Source: Asterias rubens (lineage: Eukaryota). Taken from it: a DNA stretch of 64,000 nt. This document shows, in pieces, positions 1 to 12,351 of the stretch. Positions within the stretch are counted from its first letter, which is position 1. Every line of letters begins with the position of its first letter. The notes under the pieces are model-generated. The model had not been told where the DNA came from. It worked only from the letters and a program-made list of their open reading frames with translations, and did no database searches. The translations under genes and the position numbers were made by a program. The stretch lies in NCBI RefSeq assembly GCF_902459465.1, contig NC_047071.1:18786001-18850000 (forward strand), given 5' to 3'.

Positions 1-1171
1 CGCGATGCGATTTATCGGGGGACAATTTGCAGGTTCGCAAAAATGGATGCATTTCATCTGGGCTTTTGTAACTGTATCAAATTTCCTCCGGTGTGGAGAC
101 ATCATCATGCTAGATCTTGCCCATAATGGAAGGTTTCAGGCCAATTTGTGAAGGGATAAGGAGCGTAGCGTAAAGCCTAGGACAGGTCAACTCAGCCAAA
201 GTAGCTTCACTGTTCAAAGTTTTAGTTGACAGTAACTCTGCATTGTTATATCGCATATGTCTCTAATAATGGTCATGCTATTTAAAATGGAACAACCCCG
301 CACTCTCGAATAGACAAATGGCAAAATACTTTAGTTTCGACATGTCAATCCGAACAGCCTTGTGAATCCGAATAACAATGTATTGGCACTATTGGCACAC
401 AAACTGAACAATGGGGATGTTTTCTGGGTTTTAATTGAAGGCAAGTGAGAACTGAAAATCCTCTCAATAAACGTATCAATCCCCAGAACTCAACTCGGTT
501 AGCAAACATGATAAGTGGTATTTGAAGATTGGTATGTTGTTGAAATTAAGGATTTACTACAAATCCTTTCGGGTATAGCCAATACAACCATAATATTCAA
601 TTTATGATACGGGAGTGTTGACTTTGAAAAAAGCCGATGTGGTTTCGACGTTTAGAACAGTGTACTCTGTTCGTCTTTAGAGTTTAATTGTATGTGTTTA
701 GAGTTAAATAGGTTGCTCGAAAATCGCAAAATAGTTAGCATATAGGAAATAAATGGAGTGTTGGAGACATCAACTAAGCAAGTTGTATGTTACTGCTCTT
801 TAGTCATTTGATACAGGTTGTATACGACATGCATAATATACACTTAGCCTATCTGTGTCGACCTAGATATTACTTCTTCGTGAAACCTCTTATTTCCAAA
901 TACACTGCACTTAAAACCTCATGGTGCACTATCTTCAATTAAATGGCTATAATAAAGTATTTCGCCTCGAAGAGTTATATCTCCATGAACAGACACACAC
1001 ACACACACACGTATCAACTCTTTCGCATAGACCCTTCAGATGACAGAAAATAATCATATAATAATAATATCTGAGTAGATGTGTAAAGCTTAATTGAGTG
1101 CTGCGCTAGACACTCTACATTTTCATTTGCTGGGCAATCTGTGCTAAGGCGGTGTTAGAAGCAAACGGCTG

Positions 1172-1558
1172 ATAGAGGCATTGGGCACGTTTGGTAATTG
1201 TAGTTTTATTTTTATTTTTTTTTTTCGCACACTGATGTAGGCCTATCAATACAATTGTTTGATGCATACGATAACAAAGCTGTGAAAATGTTTTGCTCAA
1301 TTGATCATCGAATTTGTAAGAAAATATTATTGAAAGAAAAACACCTTCATTGCAGAGTGGTTTCAGATGTACGAGAAAGGGACCAGACCTGAAGCATTTA
1401 TCGGATTCCAAAGTTTTAGTTAGAAGTATTACCTCTTGTTAAAAAGAGAATTATCACAGTGTTGTTTATTACCAATAGCTCTTTATTGCTCGTTACCAAG
1501 TAAGTGTTTATGTTAATAACTAGTTTGAGTAATTACCGTTAGTGTATTGTGTGTTTAA
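1172..1558 (+). mobile_element. Kolobok-like MITE family 1, diverged copy
   Basis: GGCATTGGGCACGTTTGGTAATTG left end, family core, and GCTCGTTACCAAGTAAG...GAGTAATTACC right end finishing at TTAA 1555-1558. Confidence 0.6.
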
Positions 1559-1850
1559 AGGATGTGGGTACTGTTTTCAAAATATCCATAGATTGACATT
1601 AAACTTCCAGGGTTAGCCGAGATAATGATAGTGGAAAGCTTCCCTTCAAATATTACTTACTGAGGTGATGTAGTTTTTATACGTTTGTAAATGCTTAAAA
1701 TAATGTTTGTATCATACAAACTACAGCACCTCAGCAAGTAATATTTTCAAGCAAGCCTTTTACTATCATTATCTTCAAACTGTGTAAGTTTAGTGTAAAT
1801 CTGTGGACATTGTGTTTTTTGTCCTATACAAAAAAACATACACCCTTTAA
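1555..1850. mobile_element. Kolobok-like fold-back MITE, family 2
   Basis: TTAA-AGGATGTGGGTAC ... CATACACCCT-TTAA. The internal arms GATAATGATAGT...GAGGTGATGTAGTTT and AAACTACAGCACCTC...ACTATCATTATC are inverted. Related fragments at about 12365-12460, 30900-31020 and 48345-48484. Confidence 0.75.
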
Positions 1851-3399
1851 GACTATAAGTGTCGACGTTTCTTTAAAAGAATGCTTTTTTGGAGAACCAT
1901 CGCATGTAATTAACACATCAAGCATGACGGGCTACTATGTTCTGAGAATTCAATGTGGACAAGAGGGAAACATTGTTCATGTTTAAAGAGAAGACAATCA
2001 AATTTCCATCAAGCTGTGCGCGAGAAAACCATGGGTCAAAGATCAACAACACTTTACGCCTCGTTGTTGGCAGTCCGCGTTTTCCATTCGCTCCAATGTA
2101 CTCGTTTCAAGCTTAGGGCCACCCCTTTTGAGCGAACTGGTCAAAAACATACGCTGATTTACATTAGTCTCTTGAATATGCCGACATGGATCATAGTACG
2201 TAACTAACAATAGGTAGCATTGATTTGTTGGGTTAAGGACAAAAGGAACATCGAGATGGGTTTTGAATACACTTAATTCAATGAAGAAAATAACAACTTC
2301 AAGAAAAAAACAGCAGTTGTTAACATTGGATTTCTCACGCAGGAGCGCTCAATTGCTTACAAAGTATAAGAAAAGGAGAAGGAAAAGCTGTTCGAGGGTA
2401 AAGTCCTCATTCATTCTTAGAGTCATCATCAAAGAAAATGAGTTATTCTAACCTGATACATTATCCACCAAACGATAATATGATATGGTGTCAGTTGTCA
2501 AGGATGGCGCATAACAGAAAGGGCGAGTTTGGTTTTGTGTGTTTTTAATCTAAACAAAATAGCAAGTTGCCGACAACGATTGTATACTCGTTATGTTCTG
2601 CTTTTGATTGAGTGTTTATTTGATCGATATTGATTGTATCTACATTATGTTTTGTTGACACAGGCACCTTCACATTGCGGTAACTTGCTTTTAAAGACAA
2701 TACTTGAACATCCAACCGTAACAATGTCGCATACATTTTGTTCAGTGCTATACATTTCAAATAAACACAATTCACTTCATCTCTCTCTTGCTTTATCTCT
2801 TTGTGTTCTCTTTTTACTTATTCTTGTTTTACATTAGAATATGACGACGGACAAACACAACGAATACTTCAAACACAAAGTGTACTACACAATTAAAGGT
2901 TTGATGTATGTTTAGTCAACATTTATGCACGTATTGACAAAAACAAACTATCTTCAGACGATACGAGGAAGCACGTCATACAGCCACACGAGGAATCATG
3001 TTGTATCGACAACCATGTGTTACAAGACCTAGTATGAGAATAACACTTTACCACGAGTCAAACTTTAGGGAATGACAGGCCCCGTGATTAAAAAACCTTC
3101 TCAATGTAAGTTCGCCAGAAGCGAATCAGGTTTTTTTTTTCTTCGCCTCCTCCCTCGAATGTATAAGGGGAGCTCGATCGATTTTTGTTCAGTTTGCAAT
3201 CTAATTGACAAATTACCCCGTATGTATCCTTGGACGTCAGGTTGACATGTAAGTGGTACACTCTTTGCATTTCTACCCCCAATCAGCTTGTAGGATTACT
3301 TATAATTGATGAATCTACTCTTGTTTTAGTTCGTTTTTGTATTCATATTATTGAACACTTGCACTCTGTGAAGAAACTGGGGCAACTCATTAACGACAA

Positions 3400-3778
3400 T
3401 TAAAGATGCTATGTAAGATTTTTGTCCCCAAACATTAAAACAAATATTTTTTTTGTGTGTGAATGGTATTTTAAAGAGTTTCACCCGCTCTAACGAAAAA
3501 AAGGTTAACTTTTACTTTTAATGGTCAGGAACCATGAAACAAATTTGAAACGTTTCTTATAAAACACATAAGAATTGGTCACGTGATATAATGTCGGGAT
3601 CCCGACAAAAACTAATTTTGAGCACTTTCTTTTACTGCTACTAATAATTGGCGGACTTTTTCGAGCAATGGCTCAAATGAAAGCTTGTAACTTTCTCGAC
3701 CCCCATCAAAATACCTATTGAATCTTAAATTAAAATTTTGGGGTCAAATCGGCCAGAAATCAGACATAGCATCTTTAA
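3400..3778. mobile_element. Kolobok-like MITE, family 3
   Basis: TTAA-AGATGCTATGTAAGAT ... ATCAGACATAGCATCT-TTAA TIRs with TTAA duplication. Confidence 0.8.
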
Positions 3779-4631
3779 TGTGTTCCATACCAGGTCAATG
3801 GGGCACAGTAAGTACATTTTGAGCCAACTCGGAAGGCACTTGTTTCAGCCAAGTGTCAAAACATGTGTAGTAAACGAATTGACTCGTTAAAGCAAAAAAT
3901 TATTAAAAAGGGTCCAAATGTCATTTTGCGATTCGTGCAGGATTCTGCTATGTGATCGTTCAATATGTTTGGGTTAAGGCGCTCTTACTTTGCGACATAA
4001 AACACAGACAAGATTTTGTAGTTGAATTGGTGTTTTTATTATTGCTTATTTTTCTTTTCGATTGTTTCCTAAAACAAACTGTATAATTATGTTTGTTTGC
4101 TCGTGACTCTCTCACCTCATTTAATTTGTTCTGATATGTTTTAAACATCTTTTATTTGCAGGGTAGCATCGGCACCCTAATTGTGGATTTTGCCGGGATC
4201 TGCCCTTGTTACTCTATTTTTCTCTGCTGTGATATGTTAAATAATAATAGTAATATTAAACAACTATATTGCGCCCCTTACATACAAAATATCAAAGGCG
4301 CAGAACACATATTAAAAAGCACAGAGTGGAAGAAAAAGACTAAGAAAAAGACTGGTCAACCGGCCAGTGCCCGAACATGGGGATACGTCTGTCCCGCCAA
4401 CAGAGAACTAATAGTTACAAACGTCGTGTTTTAAACGTCGTTGAGGTTTACCCCCCCCCCCCCATTTGTTCCCCGTAGAACCTAATTGAGAATATATAGC
4501 CCCCTACCCACCCCTCCCCATACATCGTTCCAAGGATGAATTTTACAAAGAGTTCCGACTAAACTCTCTCGGGACAGGTCGAGTTACTCGTCCTTAGGAC
4601 TATAGCCTTGCGTTTGTAATATAAATGTCTC

Positions 4632-4804
4632 CAGCCGTCGATTTCACAAAACTCTTCCTAACTTAAGACTAATCTTAGGACTTAGGATGAGTCCCAACCC
4701 TGCACTGTAGCATGCAGACCTAAAGATTAGAGCTAAGTTAGGAAGAGTTACTCGTCCTAACTCGAAATAAGACGAGTCCTAACTCTTTGTGAAATCGACG
4801 GCAG
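4632..4804. mobile_element. Harbinger-like MITE, CAGCCGTCGATTTCAC family, copy 1
   Basis: TIRs CAGCCGTCGATTTCAC / GTGAAATCGACGGCAG; closely similar to 28545-28719. Confidence 0.8.
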
Positions 4805-5262
4805 AGGACTAGTCCTCAGTTGAAACCAGTCTTATATCGTTGTGCAATCGATCCCCCAATCAAAGACTTGTCTTTATTGTTTTATGGTTGGTTCCTTCAC
4901 AAAATAAAACCAAATAACTTATCTGTCTGTCGTGTGTGAATTGATTACGGATGATACAAATTCTGATGAAATTTTGGCAACTTGCATCTGACGGATAGTC
5001 AGGAAAGAAAGATATACGTACGACTTCGTGAAGGTCGGAACTTGTTGTTCTCCAACCCAATTTATTAAGCTTTAATTTGTTGTGATTGAAAAATTGTTCG
5101 TGCAGCATATACAGTCCTAGGCAGGTCCCTAAAAAGTGAAGCAAAACAGACCTAGGTGAGATCGATAAGCAGGAATTGTTTTGTTCTGTCTGGCGCGCTT
5201 TTCGGGGGAGAATGTGAAGACAAAAAAAGTGTGAGAAATTTGTCAACCAAGGGTTGTTTTTT

Positions 5263-5645
5263 TTAAGACAGTAGACACAATTGCTAAGTGCAAAGACTAA
5301 TCTTCTCACTTGCTGTATCTCATCATATGCATGAACTAACAAACCTGTGAAATTTGAGCTCAATCGGTCATCAAAGTTGCGAGATAATAATGAAACAAGA
5401 AAAAACCTTGTCACACAAAGTTGTGTGCTTTCTGATGCTTGATTTCGAGACCTCAAATTCTAAATCTGAGGTCTAGAAATCAAATTCGAAGAAAATTGCT
5501 TCTTCCTCGAATACTACGTCCCTTCAGAGGGAGCCGTTTCTCACAATATTATATACTACCAACCTCTCCCCATTACTCGTCACCAAGAAAGGTTTTATGC
5601 TAAGAATTATTGTTAGTGATTACCAATAGTGTACACTGCCTTTAA
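5263..5645 (+). mobile_element. Kolobok-like MITE family 1 (in intron 1 of gene A)
   Basis: TTAA-flanked ends (…TACCAATAGTGTACACTGCCT-TTAA), internal hairpin GATTTCGAGACCTCA...TGAGGTCTAGAAATC, and the CAGAGGGAGCCGTTTCTCAC core. Confidence 0.85.
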
Positions 5646-5919
5646 GAACATCCACTACTCAAAATTAAATGTTGTAAACGGTGCTAAACCGCGAAGCTCT
5701 CTTTAAAAAAAGTAGACCGTTGCGCTTGCGACTCAATGTGGTACACCCCCCTCCCCCACCCTCAATCCCTTGTAGCAGAAAACTCATCCAACTGCAAGCC
5801 TTTACAGTGTTGGGACGAAAGTGACAGTTTTGCGGAGCTAAACAGGCCCCTAATAACTCCACAACATTTAGAGACGCGTATATCACATTTAAATTACAAC
5901 TTAAATTGCATATACTCAC

Positions 5920-6366
5920 AAACTGCATGTAGTTAACACCCTTGCACAGTCCTTCCTCCATTTTCATTCCTGCTAGACCAGCCGCAGTGGGAATAGCGCA
6001 GATGCCCAGCATGGCAACATCCGTCAGTGCCAGATTAGCGATAAAATAGTTGGTAATGTTCTGCATCTCTCGATATTTGAAGATGATACAGAGGACAGTG
6101 CCGTTACCCACTAGCCCGATGATGGAAATGATGGCCATAATGATGGGCATGACAATCCGGATTGGGTTTAAAAAGGAATCAGGGAACTGCAACCCAGGGG
6201 TCATACCAGACGGAGTTACCCCATCCCCGAGGCTGGAGTTACCCTCGGTACACGGCCCACTGATGTAAGAGCTTGTGCTGTCAAACAAGCTAGTCAAGTT
6301 GGTTGGTCCATACACCTCCACCATTGTCGTAGCGATATCCGTAACAAATGCTTGCGAGTCCGTCAT
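5920..6366 (-). CDS. KISS1R-like: Kisspeptin-type GPCR, gene A, first coding exon (N-terminus to TM3); remaining exons not found in the window
   Basis: Translation MTDSQAF...GLVGNGTV(TM1)...MQNITNYFIANLALTDV(TM2)...CKGVNYMQF resembles KISS1R (MRTVTNFYIANLAATDV, CKFVNYIQQ). The exon ends at a phase-0 donor TTT|GTGAGT (5920/5919), the same position as in gene B. ATG at 6366 has context CCAACCATG. N-glycosylation sequons NLT and NSS are present. Confidence 0.88.
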
Positions 6367-6385
6367 GGTTGGTTCTTTATCGAAG

Positions 6386-6412
6386 CTGAAAGAGGTGATA
6401 AACAAAGCAGGT
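6386..6412 (-). other. Candidate 3' splice acceptor of a 5'-UTR intron of gene A
   Basis: Minus strand reads CTGCTTTGTTTATCACCTCTTTCAG|CTTCG..., 19 nt upstream of the ATG. Confidence 0.55.
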
Positions 6413-8984
6413 ATTTTTATTTGATCTGAAGCACAAAAAGTCAGTAATTGTAACGGGAGCGAACCGTCGCCCCACACAGCAACATTGGTGCCATGGGATG
6501 GTTCGTAAAACAGTGACCCCTCACTCTAGCAAAGGTGGTGTTCTTTAGTTACGTTTCTTCAAGACTGGAGAACTCTTCCTCACAGCATCCGTCAGGTATC
6601 TATCCGCTGTGATGAGTGAGGCTCAAGCTTCTGACTCGAATGATTTTACTTCGACCGGTAAAGCCCGCCCCCTGTATCCTAACTACGTCATGAGTGGCTA
6701 CAGGCAAAGTGAAAATGTCATTAACTTGCGATTTGAATGGCACGGTAACGAAGCACGGGAATGAAGGTTGACGGTAAATGATAAGCTTTATCAAGCAGCG
6801 GCATTTGTTAAACGTGGACAAATAAATGGCAGCATGCAAAGTATACTGTGAGTTTGAACATTTGAGTTTTAGAAAATGTCAGTTTCTATTTTATTTTGCA
6901 GTGAGTGGTACAAGAATAATAAAATACTTGCAAAGGAACGAGTACCTGGTATCACGCTGTAGGTTTGTATTGAAAGCAACATATGTCTGCACGTCAAAAC
7001 AACCAGATTAATATTACGCCCGGAGGCAATTATCCTCAAACGTTTCAAACATGTTTGTTTTTCTTTTTTTTCTGGTATTTTGTTTTAGTTCTTTGCCAGA
7101 GGGAAAGTGGTACCGGCAAAATCAATCTTTCATAATTAAAATTGCAGACGAGAAAGCCTTTTTTATGTAGGACTCGAACGGGTAGATATTCATCAATAAA
7201 ATGGGTTCAACACTTTAGTAGATGAAACATCACTTATAGACAAGACTTCGTGTTATGAGCAGTTACACAACAAGTTTCACGAGTCATTGTATTGATTGTT
7301 GTATTATTATTGATATAGTATGAAATAAAATAACAATTGTAGCATTCGAGAGAGGCCTTACTTAGGTCGAAACGTCGGGTTACACAGTATGCATATTTTG
7401 TTGATAAACAGTTTGCAACAGTACGTTATATATACACATATTTATATTTTGTGTTCTATTTTTCATTTCGAAGGCATCTAAGGAAGGCCAGAAAACCTGG
7501 AAGTTAGCCTGGAAATAATACTCTATTTGTTTGTGATGAAAATATGGAATATTCCGACTTCATCTCTGGTTATATTGCCAGACTAACACGTCTCATAAAT
7601 TGATATGTGTTTTGTAAAAGTGCATCATAAAACACTATAAGAAAAATAACATGATATTGCATTTCTGTAAAAAAAAAATTGATTTATTTTTACAGAAACA
7701 AATATCGGGTTTTTAAAAGAAGCAATAGATCCCGAAGTTCCATTCGATTACAGAAAGTGCACTTTTCCTTTACCGTTCCTTTTGTATTATAATTAGGTCA
7801 GCTTGAAAGTGAATTCGAAGGAAAGTGAAAATCGAAACTCGCAAGCAAGTCAATTTTGTTGTTTCAGCCCCTCCATAAATCACCCCCTTAATTCAAGTTC
7901 TGTTTAACTGAGTGACAGAGGGATTTGTCCAAGCTACAAATTCAGGCTTCAGGGTCAAGATAAAGTCTCCAATTATGCGTAATGCCCAAATAGATCTCTA
8001 CCTTAGGGTTGGGGTATTTATCTTTAAAGGGGTTATAAATCTTCGTTCAGAAGTGTTACTATTATCGTTCTTCCTGGACTTTGAGGGTCGAGTTTCGGTC
8101 ATTGTCTTTTAGGTGGTTAGAACAAACCATTGTTCATAGGAATAATATCACAATTAATAGTACAACCCGTGTGTAAATCTATTTTGTGTGAGTGCTGGCT
8201 CTGGGAAGAGCCGGTGTGGTATCGACGTTTCAAACTAGCCTATACTCTGTTCGTCTTCATATTGTTTGTGTCACTATTTAGCTCGTGAAGGTGGACATGT
8301 AGCGGGCAGGACTGTAAGATTGTTACAGAAAAATGATTGGGCACTTCCATTAAAAATGTGGTTTGTTTGTATTTCTAATTTGTTGTCAATGTTTTCTGTT
8401 CTTGTGTTTGAGTATTTTGTTGGTATGTGTCTGAGTAGGGTGGCGCAAGAGACCGCTTTACGCCAACAAGCACATTGAAAACAATAGGTAGTACGTATGG
8501 TAGATGTACACATTCAAACAGGGTAAGATTATCCTTAATTAAACAAACGAAAAGTTGACAAACAAGAAAGTTACAGTTCAAATAAAATATGCATGGTAAT
8601 CGTATAGGTCCCAAAGTTTCGGTTTACACTTGGGAGGGTTGCATGCGCGTGCGGGTACTCACTAAACTGGAGCTATGACACTAATACAATTCGAGTAATC
8701 TGACTGAAATGGGCAAACAGTGCTTACACACATAACACCAGATAGTTTGCAAATTTAACATTCATTAACACTGGAGCCGGTATTGTTTTTTTTTTTTTTT
8801 ACGATTTTAAGTTTTTGTATTGCGTTGATATTCTGTATTGTGCTTTTGTAACTTGATTGTTGCAACTTGTATTGTTCTAATAAATAATACTGATAATAAT
8901 AATAATAACCAGACACTAAGTGTTTGTGAACAAACACGAAGCTGTTCCGTGTTGTTTTGCTTGGATTATGTGCTTCATTGCCCA

Positions 8985-10420
8985 AGGAATCTATAACTGA
9001 AAAAAAAAGTTTCAAAAAAGTTTTGTAGCTCTTGATATAAGGTCACACCGGTTGACCCATAAGTAAAGGTCAACATGGTCTCACAGCTACCAAAGACTAA
9101 TCTGCAATGACCCGGAAGTAAAGGTCAACATAGGGTCAAAGTTGTTTCAAACTAATCTTGAATGCCCAAGGAGTTTATAACTCAAAAAGTTTGAAAATCT
9201 GTTGTTTAGTACTTGAGATATGGTCCCACCTCCGGTTGACCAGAAAGTAAGGGTAAACCTTGACCAGGAAGTAGGGGTCAACCTGGGGTCATGGTGTTTC
9301 AAAGTTTATTTTAACGCGTAAGGGGTCTAAAACTGAAAAAAAATGAAAATCGGTTGTATAGTACTTGAGATATGGTCCCACTTCCGGTTGACCCGGAAGT
9401 AGAGGTCAACTTGAGGTCACGGTTTTTCCAAATTAATCGCCAATCCCCAAGTAGTCTTTAACTACAAACAGGGTAAGAATCGGCCCTGTACTTCTTGAGA
9501 TATTGTGCTACAAAGATTTTGCAATTAAATATGCAAATGAGGGTCACGTGGGTAACTAAGTAAGAATAAACAAAAATACATTTGAAGTTAAGCTTATGTT
9601 CTGAGCTTCAGTTTGGTATAATAAACGCACTCTTTCGTATTATGGTTTGGGAGATAAGGCTTAAACAAAAAACGTTTACAAACTATGCTTTGGTTTTCTT
9701 CCATTAAATATTGTTACTGGTCAATAGAGGGCGGTATGTAAGATGAGTGGTCTTACTATCAACATCTCCTTTTTTCTAGTCAAATGTTCAGTTTAAAAAC
9801 AGGTTAGAAATTGGCCCTGTACTTCTTGAGATATGGTCCCACTTCCGGTTGACCTCGAATTAGAGGTCAACTTGAGGTCACGGTTTTTCAAAGTATATTT
9901 TTAACGCCTTAGGGGTCTAAAACTGAAAAAAGTTTGAAAATCGGTTGTACAGTACTTGAGATATGGTCCCACTTCCGGTTGACCCGGAAGTAGAGGTCAA
10001 CTCGAGGTCACGGTTTTTCAAAATTAATATTATCTCCAATCCCCAAGGAGTCAATAACTACAAACAGTCTGTTAAACGGCCGTGTACTTCTTGAGATATG
10101 GTGTTACAAAGATTTCAAGATTTCCCAATTAAATATGCAAATGAGGGTCACGTTGTTAATTAATCAAGAATTTAAAAACAAAATTACATGAGGAATTAAG
10201 CTTAGGTCCTAGTCTTTAATTTTATATATGATATAACTCTTTTCAAGTTATGGTTTAGGAGAATAGGCTGAAACAAAAAGCGTTTACAAATTTGCTATTG
10301 TTGTCTTCCATTAAATATTTTTTACTGTCACTAGAGGGCGGTATGTAATATGAGTGGTCTGTATACTAGAGGAGATGTTATTACTAGTCAAATGTTTATC
10401 TCAAAAAGTTCATTTAAAAA
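8985..10420. repeat. Complex tandem array inside the Helentron-like element: two ~600 bp units built from ~135 bp subunits
   Basis: The motif GAGATATGGTCCCACTTCCGGTTGACC(CGGAAGT) recurs at about 9217, 9367, 9829 and 9958. ATGCAAAT at 9531 and 10135 and TAGAGGGCGG at 9725 and 10332 give a period of ~604-607 bp. Confidence 0.85.
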
Positions 10421-10836
10421 GTTTAATAAATGTAAATAAAACTAATATTTGACTCAGGATTGTTTGATTTGTTGGTTTCTTGAGTTTAATGCAGTAATTT
10501 AAGAGTCCAATGTCATGTCACAAAAAAACTACATTAAGGATAAAATCCTTGTATTTGGTCAGTGGTTTGATGTTTGATTTAACATTTCGCTTAACTCTTA
10601 ACGGCCACCAAACTCTGCGCTTACGATCACCATTTTCTGCTTACTGTGCAAGCACGGAATACAAAGTGCGAGCTTGGAAGCACACAAACAAAATAAATCC
10701 CTGCTTAGTAGTCTATTTCGCTTGACGTAAGCGCAGAGAACACTGCTTCTGCTTAGCACTGAATATTTGCTTCCAGAGCAGAACATATTGGGCCCATTCG
10801 CACAGGATTGTTCAGTATGCAAGTTCCCATCATGAT

Positions 10837-11589
10837 AGGCCTAGGTGACTAGTGAAATTTACTACTCGACTAGTCGCACCTCAAACCCAACTACGACACT
10901 TGTCGAGATAAATTACGGATTCTCAAGATTTGTGCCACAATGTGCTGCAAGCGCAACATTAATTATGTTGCGATTAGTAGTAAGCAACACAACTGTTTCA
11001 CCAAACAGGTAGTCGGGACTAATTTTGTAGTCAACGTGTGGGCATGATTATAATGGAGTAGAGAAAAACAGTAGTCGCGACTCAAATAATAGAGAGGTTT
11101 CGCAAGTGTACAGATAAACATACAGATACCGATACGTCGACACTTTGTGTGTTCAAGTGACGCGTATCCGCGACTATCGTATTTTGCATATACGTTCGTA
11201 CAGGATACGGGAGCTTATACACGTCGTAGATAAATGGATACTGTTTTGCAGATTTTTAGTTGTATTTTTGTCCTCGATCAAAAATATTTTCCACGGAATA
11301 GCTTTCACATCGTGCTTGATATAGATAGAATTTGTTTAGTCAATTGCAAGCAAAAAGATGAGAAAATGTAGTGTATAAAACGCGGGGTCTCTAATCGGTC
11401 ATACGTATGTCAGAAAAACACTCATGATGAATGCGAGCGACTCAAGTGAAACAAAGTTCAACATATGGCTGATGTGAACGGTTTCGGTTATCATATCCGT
11501 ATCCGTATCTGTATCCGCACGCTTGCGAAACCTCTCTAATAATTTGTAGTGGCGACTTTAACACTTAAGCACACTAGTCGCCCCAGCCT
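10837..11589. mobile_element. Putative MITE with ~18 bp imperfect TIRs, carrying a nested insertion
   Basis: AGGCCTAGGTGACTAGTG at the left end matches the reverse complement of CACTAGTCGCCCCAGCCT at the right end. Internal GACTAGT/TAGTCG repeats. Possible TA flanks. Confidence 0.45.
11091..11537. mobile_element. PIF/Harbinger-like MITE
   Basis: TIRs AGAGAGGTTTCGCAAG...CTTGCGAAACCTCTCT with 3 bp AAT duplications at 11088-11090 and 11538-11540. Confidence 0.8.
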
Positions 11590-12210
11590 ACTTTTGCACA
11601 ACTAAATATAAAGCACGGTTGTCCTGTGATTGCAAATCAAATTTTTAAGTCACTGTTTTTGTAGTGACAGTTTCACAGGAATTGAGCACAATTAGTCAAC
11701 TGTAGTAATTTTTTTTGTTGCGAATTGTGACGCTCAAGAACACATTCCCTGCTAGGCTGTTAATTACGCTTAGCGTAAGCACAATTCCCTGATTACGTAA
11801 GCGCTGCGTTTCTTCCTTTAAAAAGTCATTGGCACAGGACCAGACCAAACTACATAATAGCTTTTAAAACACAAAAAGCAGCTAAACACAGCAAATACCA
11901 TTCCTCATTTTGTACAAGTCGTGAATCCAGGTATTCTGCTCAACTTCTGCATTTTTATAAAGCAAAATGTTTTGCCTATTTATTATAAGCAGCTCTATAC
12001 AAATGACCCACTCATCCGCAAGCATAATAAAATCGCTGCTTTTGTATTCCTGCCAAAGAGTTTTTGTATGGCATGGTATAATTTCCGAAAAGAAAGCGAA
12101 ATACTTGAATTAGTTTAGGCAAATGGTCCCCGGCGCAAACAAGGTGACTTCACCCGTAAATGAGTCCAAATCCCAGGCGTTCTATTTTCGTCGTCCACGC
12201 TCGTCGCCTG

Positions 12211-12351
12211 AAACGAACCTGGTCAACTCGGTCCCAAATCAACTCGGTCCCAGTCATACGTTGACAGTTTTTTCACTCGTTTCTCAAAAACGAACCCGGT
12301 CAACTCGGTCCCAAACCAACTCGGTCCCAGTCATACGTTGACAGTTTTTTT
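12211..12351. repeat. Two-copy 77 bp tandem repeat with CAACTCGGTCCCA motifs
   Basis: Unit AAACGAACC(T/C)GGTCAACTCGGTCCCAAA..CAACTCGGTCCCAGTCATACGTTGACAGTTTTTT at 12211 and 12288. Confidence 0.8.

Noticed and set aside
620-680. Penelope-like terminal fragments (also about 7350, 8205, 27570, 46600, 59060)
   Set aside because: Only 40-60 bp GTCGAAACGT-type motifs; too short to call without a database search.
4860-5456. 198 aa minus-strand ORF
   Set aside because: The N-terminal part is the antisense of a family 1 MITE and the rest has no recognisable motif. The same applies to ORFs at 26201, 46982 and 47011.
5665-5919. 3' part of the 270 aa ORF (VSICNLSCN...)
   Set aside because: Read-through into intron 1 past the GTGAGT donor; GPCR similarity stops at YMQF.
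1-5919. Search for gene A exons 2 and 3
   Set aside because: No VTVQATC/DRY-like or NPxxY-like segment with splice sites was seen; these exons are presumably left of the window.
6367-6477. N-terminal 37 codons of the 270 aa ORF
   Set aside because: Starts at GTG and crosses a strong acceptor at 6386; the first in-frame ATG is 6366.
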